A stretch of DNA of 64,000 nt from an uncultured Planctomycetaceae bacterium (GTDB lineage: Bacteria > Planctomycetota > Planctomycetia > Planctomycetales > Planctomycetaceae), in contig CAWFAK010000017.1 of NCBI GenBank assembly GCA_963813715.1, positions 1 through 64,000 on the forward strand. The letters run 5' to 3'. Under the pieces are notes generated by a model. That model saw only the letters and a list, made by a program, of their open reading frames with translations. It did no database searches and was not told where the DNA came from. The position numbers and the translations under genes were made by a program. Every line of letters starts with the position of its first letter. Position 1 is the first letter of the stretch. Positions 29,657-40,252 of this stretch are shown here, piece after piece.

Positions 29657-31928
29657 GGTTGGCCGCCTCCATCAGTGCGACACGTTCGTTCGGTGAGAGC
29701 CAGGTCGCGGACAGTTGGACGGTGGCCGACAGGGCGGCCGCCCAGACGGTGCCCCACACAGTGGGGAACGCGAAGAGCGCTGTGATCGCCAGCCCCACCA
29801 GGGCTGAGGGGATGATTGCACCGATCGCCAACCGCTTGCGACGGAAGGAATCGGCCTGTCTCCACCAACGCTTGAGCGCCAACAGGCCGCCGAAGAAGAC
29901 CATGTATCCGGCCAGCGAGGGCTGCCCCTTCGAGCCCGCCTCGACCAGCGCGTGCGGCCCAATGTGATCAACCGCGGCGTGGAACGAGTCGGCCGTCGGA
30001 ATCGTGACGACCAGGAGTTGGTTCAGCCAAAGCGACATGCCGCCGATCGCCAGACCCGAGAGGACAAGCGCGATGCGGCGCGTGGCCAGATCCATCCCCG
30101 TACCTTCCGTGAGCTTCGACTGAACGAGGATCAGCCACGAGCCGGCGAGCAGCGTCCCGCCGAACTGCGCCACCTGCGACCAATCGGTAAACAGGCCGGT
30201 CGCCCAGTACAAGCCGCCGACAATCAGGGCCGTCGAGAAGGTCGCGTAGGTCAGCGACAGCATCAGCTCGCTGAAGCGTTGTCGTAACGGGACCGAGCGG
30301 AGCGTGTCGGGATCGAGCATCGTCCAGCGCCGTACCCGCGGCGCACCGGGCTGGCGGACGGGCACGCGGCCCGGCGGAGCGTAGGCATAGGGAACGGCGG
30401 CGGCCGCCGGCGCGGCGCCAGGTGGCGAAGGATTCCCGGCGTTTGTTTGATTCGCCGGCGGCACCGCCGATCCTCTCACTGTCCCGTTGAGGGCGAACGT
30501 CGCACTTCGGAAGACGAAGTAGGCGACGACCCCGATGATCGCGCACAGGGAAATTGTCTCGAACTTAGCGCTGGCGGACGACCCGGGCATGACCGCCAGG
30601 ACCACCAGTCCGACGGCCAGCACTTTGAACCAGGGCGTGCGAGAAAATCCGACGTGCGTCGGCGGATTCCAATGCGGCTGCGGATATTGCGGCGCGCCTT
30701 GCGGAGCCGGTTGCTGATAGGCGGCCGGCTGGACTTGTGCCTGGTTGCGCCGCGCGTGCCAGCCCCAGAAGGTCGGATACTGTTCGCGGAGCTTCCGCGC
30801 ACGGCGGACCCATTTCTCGCGTTTGCGGTCGTACTTCGACTGCTTGCGGTTATAGGCCTTGTGATAGACCTGATCGGCGATTTCGCCGGCCCGGCGGGCC
30901 GCCTCTTCGGCCACTTTGATTGCCTTGGCGACGTCGCCGCGAAAGATGTCCTTTAAGTTCGGGGGCGTTCCCTGCGGCCCCCGTCCCGGCGAGCCCGGTC
31001 CCGGCTGTGGGGCGTGCGGAAAGTTGATCGTGGCGGCGTGCGCCCGTTCCTGACCGCGTTCGCGATCGATGGTCGATGAATCAGCCATCGTGTGGTGCAC
31101 GAAGGACTCGTCTGGAATCGGCTGCGGAGCTTCGTAACCGACGGCCGCCCGCTTGAAGTCCTCGAGCAGCTGCCGCACGGTCGGCGTCCGTCGCAACGGA
31201 TCCTTCTCGAGCGCTTGCGCGAGGATCGGACGGAAGCGGCGGGGAATGGGCTGTAAGTCGGGACGCTCGGAGAGATGCTTCATCAGGATCTCACCGGCCG
31301 ACTCGCCGATGAAGGGAACGCGGCCCGTCAGCAATTCGTAGAGCACCACGCCCAGGCTGTAGATATCGACCTCGCGGCCGTAACGGCCGTGGGCCACTTC
31401 CGGGGCCATGTAATACACGGTGCCGACGCTTTGCGTTTGCGCGCTGCGGTGACTCTCGGAGATGAACTTCGACAGTCCCACGTCGCCGATCTTCACCACG
31501 CCGCTTTCGATGAAGACGTTGCCCGGTTTCAAGTCGCGATGGACGATGCCGCGATCGTGCAGGAAGTTGAGCCCCTCAACCATGCCGGCCATCCACCGCG
31601 TGACTTCATCGACTGGCATCCCGTCGGGATATTCGTCGAGCACCTGCGCCAGGCTCTTGCCCGCGACGAACTCCATGATCACCCAGTGATCGCCGTCGGC
31701 GTCCGTCTTGACGTCGAAGATCGTCACCAGGTTGGGGTGCTTGAGGTTCAAGCACTGCGAGACGCCGCGCAGCTCGACGTCGTAGTGCTGCTTGAGCAAC
31801 TTGAGGGCGACTTCCTTGCCGGCGTCGGTCAGAGCGTAATAGACCTCGCCGAAGCCGCCCCGATGGATGGCCCGCTTGATCGTATAGCCGTCGAGCGGCT
31901 TGGATTCGGGCTGAAAGGTGAACTTCAT
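29649..31928 (-). CDS. Hanks-type Ser/Thr protein kinase with a multi-TM C-terminal domain
   Basis: GGFGEVY, VALK, HRDLKPGN, DVG, GTVYYMAPE, DIYSLG; several hydrophobic helices; start could extend to 32000. Confidence 0.95.
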   Translation of the reverse strand: MKFTFQPESKPLDGYTIKRAIHRGGFGEVYYALTDAGKEVALKLLKQHYDVELRGVSQCLNLKHPNLVTIFDVKTDADGDHWVIMEFVAGKSLAQVLDEYPDGMPVDEVTRWMAGMVEGLNFLHDRGIVHRDLKPGNVFIESGVVKIGDVGLSKFISESHRSAQTQSVGTVYYMAPEVAHGRYGREVDIYSLGVVLYELLTGRVPFIGESAGEILMKHLSERPDLQPIPRRFRPILAQALEKDPLRRTPTVRQLLEDFKRAAVGYEAPQPIPDESFVHHTMADSSTIDRERGQERAHAATINFPHAPQPGPGSPGRGPQGTPPNLKDIFRGDVAKAIKVAEEAARRAGEIADQVYHKAYNRKQSKYDRKREKWVRRARKLREQYPTFWGWHARRNQAQVQPAAYQQPAPQGAPQYPQPHWNPPTHVGFSRTPWFKVLAVGLVVLAVMPGSSASAKFETISLCAIIGVVAYFVFRSATFALNGTVRGSAVPPANQTNAGNPSPPGAAPAAAAVPYAYAPPGRVPVRQPGAPRVRRWTMLDPDTLRSVPLRQRFSELMLSLTYATFSTALIVGGLYWATGLFTDWSQVAQFGGTLLAGSWLILVQSKLTEGTGMDLATRRIALVLSGLAIGGMSLWLNQLLVVTIPTADSFHAAVDHIGPHALVEAGSKGQPSLAGYMVFFGGLLALKRWWRQADSFRRKRLAIGAIIPSALVGLAITALFAFPTVWGTVWAAALSATVQLSATWLSPNERVALMEAANHA

Positions 31929-32075
31929 GGATTTGGGGCCGTTAGGCTGAGGTTCCTGGAACTTGTCCGCGAAGGCCAATGTTTCGACCATGGCAGCCAC
32001 CCGCCTCTATCGGCGATATCCCGCACATGACTCGCCGCTTTCCTATGCACCGACCAAACCTCGAACACCTCGACC

Positions 32076-32315
32076 TTAACTGCCCAGTGCCCGGATGCGC
32101 TCCGGTCGCCGGAACAAGTAGTACACAACGGCGCCCACGTACGGCACGAACACGTTGATGATCACCCAGATCAGCCGTTCGTTGCCGACCCGCGTCTCGT
32201 GCAGCGCACAATCGACGATCATCCAGATCATAAAGGCCGTGAACGCCAGCCAGAAGATGCCGCTGATCACGCCCACGATGGAACTGACCAGGAATTCAAT
32301 CATCGCCGTCCTCAC
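32076..32315 (-). CDS. PLDc_N-type small membrane protein
   Basis: WMIVDCA..E......LIWVII..VPYVGAVVYY motif. Confidence 0.8.
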   Translation of the reverse strand: MRTAMIEFLVSSIVGVISGIFWLAFTAFMIWMIVDCALHETRVGNERLIWVIINVFVPYVGAVVYYLFRRPERIRALGS

Positions 32316-32989
32316 TTGCAGGCTTCCAGCCGAAAACCGAAATCGTTACCGCTGACATAGCTGCCGGGTTTCACCGGCCCGCCACTTTCCGACATCCATT
32401 TGCCGTCGATTTCAATCTGGGACTGCGATTTGGCCCAGAACCCGTCTCCCTTGCGGAACAAGAGCACGGTCTCGCTCCAGTCCGGACACACGACGTGATT
32501 GTCGGCCGTCGGCCCCAACAGGCAGGTCTCGTCCATCAGAATCACGCCGTCGATGCTGCGAGTCGGTCGATGGTCGCTGAGAAAGTCGATCACCGCCGTC
32601 GCACTCAGCACTGAGGGAACGCGGAACCGCAGCCGCACTCCCGAACCCAGCTCCAGACGATAGTTGTTGTTTAAGTGAGTGCTTCCCTCGACCGCTCGAT
32701 CGGCCACCTTGCAAGCGGCGTGGGCTTCCAACACATAACCCTCTTCGGAGCGTAGAAAGGTTGCATGCCTGCGAGACAAGTTGGCCAGCAGCACCAAGTC
32801 CGCTGGCTGCTTGTCGCGAGTCGGTCCCCCGAGGGTGACCTCACCCGACGTAAAGAGCTGAAAGGCTCCCACTCCATCGACCCAGAGGAAGTAGCAGTCT
32901 TTGGCAGCGGAACGTTCAACCGACGTCGGGCCATTCAAAGCGGAGTCGCTCCTGGAGAAACCGGTCATCATGGTCGTCTTCCGTCCCAC
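32312..32989 (-). CDS. FHA-like domain protein
   Basis: LWVDGVG, TLGG, ANLSRRHA and LELGSGVRLRF FHA-like strands, followed by a second FHA-like repeat. Confidence 0.7.
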   Translation of the reverse strand: MGRKTTMMTGFSRSDSALNGPTSVERSAAKDCYFLWVDGVGAFQLFTSGEVTLGGPTRDKQPADLVLLANLSRRHATFLRSEEGYVLEAHAACKVADRAVEGSTHLNNNYRLELGSGVRLRFRVPSVLSATAVIDFLSDHRPTRSIDGVILMDETCLLGPTADNHVVCPDWSETVLLFRKGDGFWAKSQSQIEIDGKWMSESGGPVKPGSYVSGNDFGFRLEACK

Positions 32990-33383
32990 TCAAGCCGGCT
33001 GCGGATTGTTCAGCAGTCGCCTGAGACCGTTTTCTCGCCGCTTCTCGCATCTTAACGCATCCGACGACAAAACGGTTCATTTGAGAAACGTTTGACCGAT
33101 CTGTCGTGCGGACCTGTCTTAGAAACAGCGGGCCGCGTTGCCTGTTTACCACGTCTCTCGGCACACCGCGTCCACGCCACTTGCCCCGGCGAGCGGCCAG
33201 CGTAAGCTGGCCGGTGCTTCGATCCCCGGCCGTTCCAGTTCCTTACAGCGGGTACCGGTTTTTGGGGCCTCAAAGCGTCCGGCCAGCTCACACCGGCCGC
33301 TCCTCGTTTCCGGGGCCGGTCCGCCCCGCCTGGGTCTTACGACTTCGGCGGAGCAGTCGCTCTTGCCAACAGGGGTCGGAGTG

Positions 33384-34227
33384 TTACTTCGACCGCTCGG
33401 CCGTCACGACCTGAGGAGCCGGCTTTACGTCGTCGGCCTTCTTGTCGGAGGCCGGCTTGAAGTAGGCGTCGATCTCAGCCGACACGTTGCCCATCTCGAC
33501 CGTCGGCTTCGTCTCCACGGGAATCAGACCGGTGCCGAACTTGCCGTTCGAGTCGAGCAGTTTCTCCTGCACGTCGAGCTGCTTGTTGACCTCGGAGATC
33601 AGCCGCTTGACGTTGGACAGCTCCGATTCGTCGATGGCCGGAGTGCTGACGGACTGCTCGAGCGCGAATGGTCTGCAGACGAGCTTCGAGCTGCTCGACC
33701 TCGGCCTCGAGATCTTTCTTCTGCGACAGCATCTGGTCGAGCTGCTTTTCATGCGCATAGAGTGCGACCGAGCGCGACTTCTGGATCTTCTGGTCACGAT
33801 CGAGCATGGCCTCCGCGGCCTTGTACCGCTCGAACCGCGTGCGGATGTCACGCCGCACGTCGTCCGCTGTGTAGTCGATGCTGGCGTAGCGGAAGGTCGA
33901 CTTCCCCGACTCCAGATCGTGCTTCAGCGTCATCAACTGCTCTTTGGCGGTCGACATGTCGGCGGACCGATCGTGAATCTGGTGGTTCATCTGCTCCAGA
34001 TCGACCTGCTGTTCGGCAATCACCTTCAACGTGTGCTGAATGGCCGGGTCGAGCTGCTTGACGGAAGTTCGGGCCCGCTCGATCTGGAACTCCAAGGGCA
34101 CTTCGCGTTTGACCGCCTCGCGTGTCGCCGACCAGGCAGTCTGGGCATAGTTGACGACGTCGCGGCCGAAGATCAAAGACCCGAGCAACGCCACCGATCC
34201 GCCACCAATCAAAAGCTTCTTCAACAT
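33384..34227 (-). CDS. Membrane-anchored coiled-coil protein (PspA/IM30-like); frameshift ~33660
   Basis: N-terminal TM, VPLEFQIERAR, long heptad region, C-terminal ..VSAEIDAYF. Confidence 0.6.
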
Positions 34228-34636
34228 GACTGACTCCCCTCGCACGAGCGATCAGGACTTGGGAAAACCGTGAAAGCTCACGATGTAAGCTGCCGCGGGA
34301 GGAGCTAACTGCTTCCTCCTATGCGATGTTGTTCGCCGTGCGAAATCGAATCTTGAGGCGAATTCGACAGGACTTAGGGAAATTTCTGGCAATCTTTGGG
34401 CCGCAGTTGCCGAGGGGGCGGAATGCTATCAAGCGCAAGGGCCGATATGACTTGCGACGACAATCCCCGACGACAGATCGGTGTTCGCTGATGGGTCGCC
34501 CGCCCGTCTTCCTGCTCGCCGGACGCGCGAGCGTCGCTTCAACACTCTCGCCTCGTGCCGATGGAGTGAGCCACAGAGCGAGGAATTGCCGCGGCGGGGG
34601 GCTATTCGCTTTCTCGCTGCTGGCTGCGAGAGCGAA

Positions 34637-35653
34637 TCAGGCCTGCTTGTCCCGATCGCGGAGGCGAGCGCTCGCCCGGTTCAGTTGCCGGCGCTCGGCG
34701 TCGGAGAGCGAACTCATGCCTTGCTGGTGCACTTTTTCCAGAATGGCGTCGAGCTGTTGCTGTGCCTGTTCGACTTCCAGCTTCGCGCGCCGCTCTTTTT
34801 CAGCCCGACGTTTTTCCCGCCAGCCTTCAATCCAGCTTTTGCGACGCTGCGCGGCCGGCTGGTCTTGCCGTGCCGAACGTTCCAGGCTGGTGTAGCCCTG
34901 CGAGAAGTCGTACCCCATGAACGAATCGTCCAACGTGTCGGCCGTCCGCAGCTGCACCCACTCGAAGAACGTGTAGAAAAGCACCAGCGACCCGAAGAAC
35001 ACGACCCACGCGCTGTCGAACAAGAGGCCGGCCGCAATCGTCAGGCCGGAGACGACGAAGCTGATGCGAATCGCCGAATCGGCCGCCGACTCGATGTCGA
35101 CGCGGTGCTTCAGCACGGCCAGCGTCATGCGGATTCCGTCGAGCGGGAAGACGGGCAACAGGTTCACCAGCAGGAGAATCCAGTTGCACCAGAACCCGAC
35201 TTTGAGCACGTCGTTGACCCAGTAGTCTCCGAGCGCGTGCGACGGATCGACGGGAAAGATCAGCGGATTCAAGACGGCCGGGAAGGCACCGGTCCGCCAC
35301 AGGAATGCCGAAATCGACCCGCAAACGACGAGGTTGGCAAACGGACCGGCCGCCGGCGTGAAAAACTGCGAGCGAAACGTGGCCGCCGGCTGCACGAAGG
35401 CCAATCCGCCCAGCGGCCAGATCAAGACTTCGTTGCCGACGCCGCCGGTGAGCCGCACGGCGAACACGTGAGCCAGCTCGTGCACCAACAGCGACGCCAG
35501 GAAGATGGCCCCCATCACCAGCGACAGCCGGAAGCCGAACTTCGGCATCGCACAGAGGATCAGGAGCGGCACGAGCAGGCTGACGCGGACGCGCGTCATA
35601 AACCAATTGCCGCACGGGATCGACCAGAACAGAGGATTGTCGCGGCTGTCCAT
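34637..35653 (-). CDS. Site-2 protease (M50) with a C-terminal DUF6576-like domain
   Basis: HELAH, AAGP, NLLPVFPLDG, LDAILEKVHQQGMSSLSDAERRQL. Confidence 0.88.
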   Translation of the reverse strand: MDSRDNPLFWSIPCGNWFMTRVRVSLLVPLLILCAMPKFGFRLSLVMGAIFLASLLVHELAHVFAVRLTGGVGNEVLIWPLGGLAFVQPAATFRSQFFTPAAGPFANLVVCGSISAFLWRTGAFPAVLNPLIFPVDPSHALGDYWVNDVLKVGFWCNWILLLVNLLPVFPLDGIRMTLAVLKHRVDIESAADSAIRISFVVSGLTIAAGLLFDSAWVVFFGSLVLFYTFFEWVQLRTADTLDDSFMGYDFSQGYTSLERSARQDQPAAQRRKSWIEGWREKRRAEKERRAKLEVEQAQQQLDAILEKVHQQGMSSLSDAERRQLNRASARLRDRDKQA

Positions 35654-35973
35654 AGGGCAGTGCACCCTCTCGCGTCGCCAAAGCTCAAGCAGGTCCGGGG
35701 AGCGGCGGCGGCACAAGCTCGCCCGCGAAATGCGGCCGCGAATTGCTCGCCAAAACGGCCGCCGATCGCGTCGGCAGCGTCATTTTAACACCGCCATTTC
35801 GGGGTGGCAATTGGCGTCTCGACGACTTGCCAACGTAGGCAATCGAAGCGGGAGGGATCTGTGAAAAGGTCGACCCGACCGATAAAATTGCGCCGGTCCT
35901 GCAAGTTCTTAAGTCTCGCCGGTTCTTGCGTCGCACTCGCTCGAGGGTCGACGCGAATCACCTCGGAAGGATT

Positions 35974-38670
35974 ATGGAACTCCCGTCTTGTCCTTCGTGC
36001 AAACAGTCGGTACTCGATGACGAGGCCGAACTCTGCCCCTTCTGCGGCGCCTCGCTGAAAAAGGGAGCTGCCGCAGCCGCCGCTCCGGCCGCTCGTCGCC
36101 CCGCTCCGCCCGCGGCTGCCAGTCGCCCGGCGGCTCCAGGTTCGGCCGGTCGACCGGAATCGCCCAAAGCCGCGTCTCCCAAGCCGTCTACTTCGCCGAG
36201 TCGACCCGCTCCGAGCAAATCGGCCAACCCGACGAGGTCGGCCGGTTCGCCACCAGCCAAAGCGTCGAGCGGCAAAGACATGTCGACAGCCGAGCAATCG
36301 GCCAGAAGCGCCGCGGAGGCCGCCCTCGAAGAATCGCTGAAGGTCGACTCGAGCGCCGGGCTCGACGTGCCCCAGGCCTCGCGGCAGCGATCGCAGACCA
36401 AGTCGTACAAAGTGCGCTGCCCGATGTGCGACACCGTCGGCTACGTGCCGCGCTCGTCCGCCGGCAAAGAGATTCGCTGCGCCAATCGCGACTGCATGGT
36501 GCCGGTCTTCGTCGCTCCGCGCCCGGAAAAGAAACAAGAAGATGAGAAGCCGGCAAAGAAGCCGCTGACCCCGGCCAAGATCATGATGGTCGTCGCCTGC
36601 CTGGCGATGATCGGCTTCGCGGGCTATTTTTTCTACATCAATCAGCCCGCGCCGCCGCCACAGCGGAAGGACGCGGAACTCCCACATCAGCAGATGACGC
36701 AGACGCCTTCCAAGGACCAGGAACCGAAGCCCGTCGCGCCGCCACCGGAAAAACCGCTGCTCGTGTCGGCGGAGCGTCAAGACGCGCTGGCACTGATGGC
36801 CCGGGCCTCCCAGGAGAAGAGTCACAACCGGAGCCGGCCCCTCTGCGAGCGTCTCACGGCTCACACCGCCGCGGACTGTGGCGACCTGGCGATGGCCAAC
36901 GACTTTCTCGGCCGATTGCAGCATGCGGAGAACGGCCTGAGCTTTTATCGTGTCACGCCGCTGACATCCATCGCCTGGCAACAGCTTAAGGCCGGCGACA
37001 GTATTAAGGCCGGCGATAGTGTTAAGGCCGGCGATAGTGCGACCGCCAAGAAAACTCTCGTCGACGCGGTGAGCGCCACGGCCGAGCTGCCGACCGTCGG
37101 CACGTTTTCGATAAAGTCGGCCGCGTGGCTGGCCGCCGCGCTAGCGACCGCGGGACGGGAAAAGGAAGCCCGCACACTGGCTAATAAGTTTCCCTGTAAA
37201 GATTCGGCGGGACGCCTGGCCGCCGCCGAAGCTCGAGCCACGGCGTGGAACGGCTACAACGTCGACACGAGCGACCAGGAGCGGCCGCTGATCGATGCGC
37301 AATCGGAGCAATTGCCACTCGTCGTGGAGCTGATGGTGGCGTCCGGATTCCCTACGGAGGCGTTGCACTTCGCTCAGTCCGCTCCTGAGCCGAGCTTGCA
37401 AACCGAGTGCGAGCTGGCGTGGGTCGAAGCGGTCGCACGTGCGAAGTTGGCCGGAGCGAGCAAGCCGCCGGCAACCGCGGACACGTCGCCCGATGCGGTG
37501 CTGGCCAAGCTAAAGCCCGCCGCCCAGGCGCGGTGCCACGCCCGTCTCGGTCTGCTCGATGTGAAAAAGAACGATCGCGCCGCGGCCGAGGCGCAGCTCA
37601 AGGCGGCCCAGACCGCGCTCGGATCGGCAAAGCCGGGCGCCGAATTTGTCCTGCCGCCGGTCAAGGAAATTTACGACCTGCAGCCGACCGACCCCGAGCC
37701 GGCCCGTCAGAACGCGCTTGCGTTTGCCGAAATTGCCCGCCTGCAGGCAGGGCTGGGGCAATTGACCGACGCCCATCACAATTTGGCGATGGCTCTCGAT
37801 TGCCTGCGTGCCTCCGCTCCCAGTCCGGCCGCCGTCGATGCGAGGCAAAAGCGGGACCAGCGCAATCGGTCGGGCCTGCGCTCGGATCTGAAAAGCGCCC
37901 TCAAGCTCCGCGATAATCAGGTCGACCCCGCATTCGGTCAGTACGGTCGCAATTTGCGAGACCAACTCGGGCACGCGGCCGACGCGCGTTTTGCACTTGA
38001 GGCCAACATCCTCGACACGGCGCTCTCCTGGGCCGATCCTTCCGAAATCTGGAATCTGATCGGCAACCGCGTGACGGCCGGCGATCCGGATCGTCGCGAG
38101 CCCTTCCTGCTCACGCCGCTGCCGTGGCAACTGACCGTCCGTCTCAAAAGCAAAGGAGTGAAGCCGGACGAGGGGGCCTATCTGGCGATCGGCAAGGTCG
38201 CCGGCGAAACGACCCCCAACGCCGTCGGCCGCCTCGACCTAATCATCGCGCAGGCCAACGATGCCGAGCCAGGCGAATTGGTCAACAACCTCAAAGCCAT
38301 CGAAGACGTCGAACGCTCCGATCGCGAACGCGCCGGCATGATCATCGCCGATCGACTGGTCGCGGCCGGCCAATTCCCGAAAGCCTTCCAATTCGCGCGA
38401 CTGCTCGATGACCCCGCGATGAAAGAGGAGACGATGGAGTGGAGCACGGCGCTCGCCTGCCGACAAGGCCAAGCCCGGCCCGTCAAACAGGTGCTCGGCG
38501 CGGCAAATTCCAGCTTCTCGCCGACAGAGCTCGTCTCATCCTGGCGAGGTTTTTTGATTGGCCTCTTGGCCCGCGAAGCCGCCGAACCGCCGCTGACGTC
38601 AGCCGCGCCACCGCCGGCAAAAGGCCCCGCGGCCGACGAGGCGAAAACGGCTAAGCCTGCAAAACTCTGA
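35974..38670 (+). CDS. Large hypothetical protein: two Zn-ribbons, one TM, TPR-like helical domain
   Basis: CPSC..CPFC and CPMC..CANRDC motifs; TM IMMVVACLAMIGFAGYFF. Confidence 0.75.
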   Translation: MELPSCPSCKQSVLDDEAELCPFCGASLKKGAAAAAAPAARRPAPPAAASRPAAPGSAGRPESPKAASPKPSTSPSRPAPSKSANPTRSAGSPPAKASSGKDMSTAEQSARSAAEAALEESLKVDSSAGLDVPQASRQRSQTKSYKVRCPMCDTVGYVPRSSAGKEIRCANRDCMVPVFVAPRPEKKQEDEKPAKKPLTPAKIMMVVACLAMIGFAGYFFYINQPAPPPQRKDAELPHQQMTQTPSKDQEPKPVAPPPEKPLLVSAERQDALALMARASQEKSHNRSRPLCERLTAHTAADCGDLAMANDFLGRLQHAENGLSFYRVTPLTSIAWQQLKAGDSIKAGDSVKAGDSATAKKTLVDAVSATAELPTVGTFSIKSAAWLAAALATAGREKEARTLANKFPCKDSAGRLAAAEARATAWNGYNVDTSDQERPLIDAQSEQLPLVVELMVASGFPTEALHFAQSAPEPSLQTECELAWVEAVARAKLAGASKPPATADTSPDAVLAKLKPAAQARCHARLGLLDVKKNDRAAAEAQLKAAQTALGSAKPGAEFVLPPVKEIYDLQPTDPEPARQNALAFAEIARLQAGLGQLTDAHHNLAMALDCLRASAPSPAAVDARQKRDQRNRSGLRSDLKSALKLRDNQVDPAFGQYGRNLRDQLGHAADARFALEANILDTALSWADPSEIWNLIGNRVTAGDPDRREPFLLTPLPWQLTVRLKSKGVKPDEGAYLAIGKVAGETTPNAVGRLDLIIAQANDAEPGELVNNLKAIEDVERSDRERAGMIIADRLVAAGQFPKAFQFARLLDDPAMKEETMEWSTALACRQGQARPVKQVLGAANSSFSPTELVSSWRGFLIGLLAREAAEPPLTSAAPPPAKGPAADEAKTAKPAKL
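36986..37039 (+). repeat. 18-bp tandem repeat x3 within the CDS (KAGDSI/KAGDSV/KAGDSA)
   Basis: TTAAGGCCGGCGA[CT]AGT[AG] repeated three times. Confidence 0.85.
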
Positions 38671-38728
38671 GACTACCTACGAATCAATGGCCGCGTGATT
38701 CGATTGACCGAGTGCAAGCGTCCCTGGC

Positions 38729-39763
38729 ATGCCGAGGTGCAAACGAATGCGTCAACTCTCAGTTTGCCGTCGTGTTCTGCTCGCTGTTTTTTTAGTGGCT
38801 GCGACCGAAGTGGGCTGGGCGGCCGATCCTCAGGCAACGACACGCGGCGCCACCGGTGTCGAGCTTGCGTCTCTCCTCCAAAAGATTCGCGCCGGACACG
38901 CGGCCTTACACTCGGGCGAATTTCTCGCCGCTGAAGTCATCGAACAGGAGACCGTGGAGGGCACACAAACTCGGGTGGTCAATGAACTGCGAGGTGTTTT
39001 CGACGGCGTGCCCGGTCGAACTCGGAGACGCCACGAGTTCCGACGCACGCGCAAGTCCCGTGGGCCGCTCGATCGGTGTCTCGTCGTGGAAACGGACAAA
39101 GCGACGGCCTTATGGACGAATAGCGGACCGATTTATCTTCTCCCGGATCGTCACGCCTTGTTGTGGGCCGAACAGTGCCCGATCGATCCTTTGGCTTTGG
39201 GATTCGTCGGGCCGATCTCCTCGGGGGTCAGCACCGACGGGCCGGAGATGTGGCCGTCGTTCGCGGAGTATGAGAAATTCCTCGCGGCACACCAGGCCAA
39301 GGGGCATGTGAGCGTGCCTCGCGAGCCGCCTGGCTACATTCTTTCGATCGAATTTCCGGTCCTGACGGCTCATGGTGAGCCACTCCAACCGGAACATGCC
39401 CAGGAAGGCGCCGTCCTCAAAATTGTGAGGCGGATTGCGATCGATTCGAGTTTGGGTTTCGTGCCGACAAAAAGCGCGACGTCGTTTCTCGACAAGCACG
39501 GAAAAGAAGTCGGCCGTCCCTGGACAATCGACGTTTCCTGGGAGAAGCGTGGCGATGTGGCGGTCCCCGTCGCGGTCCACACTTACCTGGAACACAAAAA
39601 TGTCGACGAAGAGCGGAGAACGATCACGTTCACCTGGAAGTCAGTGAATCAGCCGATCGCGGCCGATGAATTCGATTACAAGAAATTCCCCGCGCCAGCC
39701 GACACCGAGATCCTGGACCGGCGCCAACTCCCCGGGCGTGTGATTGGGGTGATCGGCCAGTGA
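38729..39763 (+). CDS. Secreted hypothetical protein
   Basis: Signal-peptide-like N-terminus; beta-rich body ending WKSVNQPIAADEF. Confidence 0.65.
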   Translation: MPRCKRMRQLSVCRRVLLAVFLVAATEVGWAADPQATTRGATGVELASLLQKIRAGHAALHSGEFLAAEVIEQETVEGTQTRVVNELRGVFDGVPGRTRRRHEFRRTRKSRGPLDRCLVVETDKATALWTNSGPIYLLPDRHALLWAEQCPIDPLALGFVGPISSGVSTDGPEMWPSFAEYEKFLAAHQAKGHVSVPREPPGYILSIEFPVLTAHGEPLQPEHAQEGAVLKIVRRIAIDSSLGFVPTKSATSFLDKHGKEVGRPWTIDVSWEKRGDVAVPVAVHTYLEHKNVDEERRTITFTWKSVNQPIAADEFDYKKFPAPADTEILDRRQLPGRVIGVIGQ

Positions 39764-39799
39764 GACTTCGGCGAGTTCGAATGTGATTGCGGATGCCGC

Positions 39800-40222
39800 A
39801 TGAAATCGCGCACCGAATACCTCACCTTCAATCTCCCCGAGCGGATGGCGTTCGAGAACATCACCGACCGCGTCGAGGCGATCGTCGAGAAGAGCGGCGT
39901 GCAGGAAGGGCTCGTGCTCGTCAACGCCATGCACATCACGGCGAGCGTCTTCATCAACGACAATGAGTCGGGCCTGCACGAGGATTACAAGAAGTGGCTC
40001 GAGCGGCTCGCCCCGTTCGACGCTTCGCCGAAAACCTACGCCCACAACCGCACCGGCGAGGACAACGCCGACGCGCACCTCAAGCGGCAAGTGATGGGCC
40101 GCGAAGTCGTCGTGGCGATCACCAAGGGGAAGCTCGACTTCGGCCCGTGGGAGCAAATCTTCTACGGCGAATTCGACGGCCGCCGCCCGAAGCGGGTGCT
40201 GGTGAAGGTGATTGGCGAGTGA
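39800..40222 (+). CDS. yjbQ: YjbQ/UPF0047 secondary thiamine-phosphate synthase family
   Basis: [34 protein letters not shown]. Confidence 0.92.
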   Translation: MKSRTEYLTFNLPERMAFENITDRVEAIVEKSGVQEGLVLVNAMHITASVFINDNESGLHEDYKKWLERLAPFDASPKTYAHNRTGEDNADAHLKRQVMGREVVVAITKGKLDFGPWEQIFYGEFDGRRPKRVLVKVIGE

Positions 40223-40252
40223 GGTCGTCTATCGGCTGACCGCGCCGCTCTT

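Noticed and set aside
31470..31500. DVG instead of DFG suggesting a pseudokinase
   Set aside because: The Mg-binding Asp, VALK Lys and HRD motif are intact; the middle residue is known to vary
33052..33291. 79-aa ORF as an N-terminal extension of the FHA gene
   Set aside because: No motif or codon bias; cannot be supported
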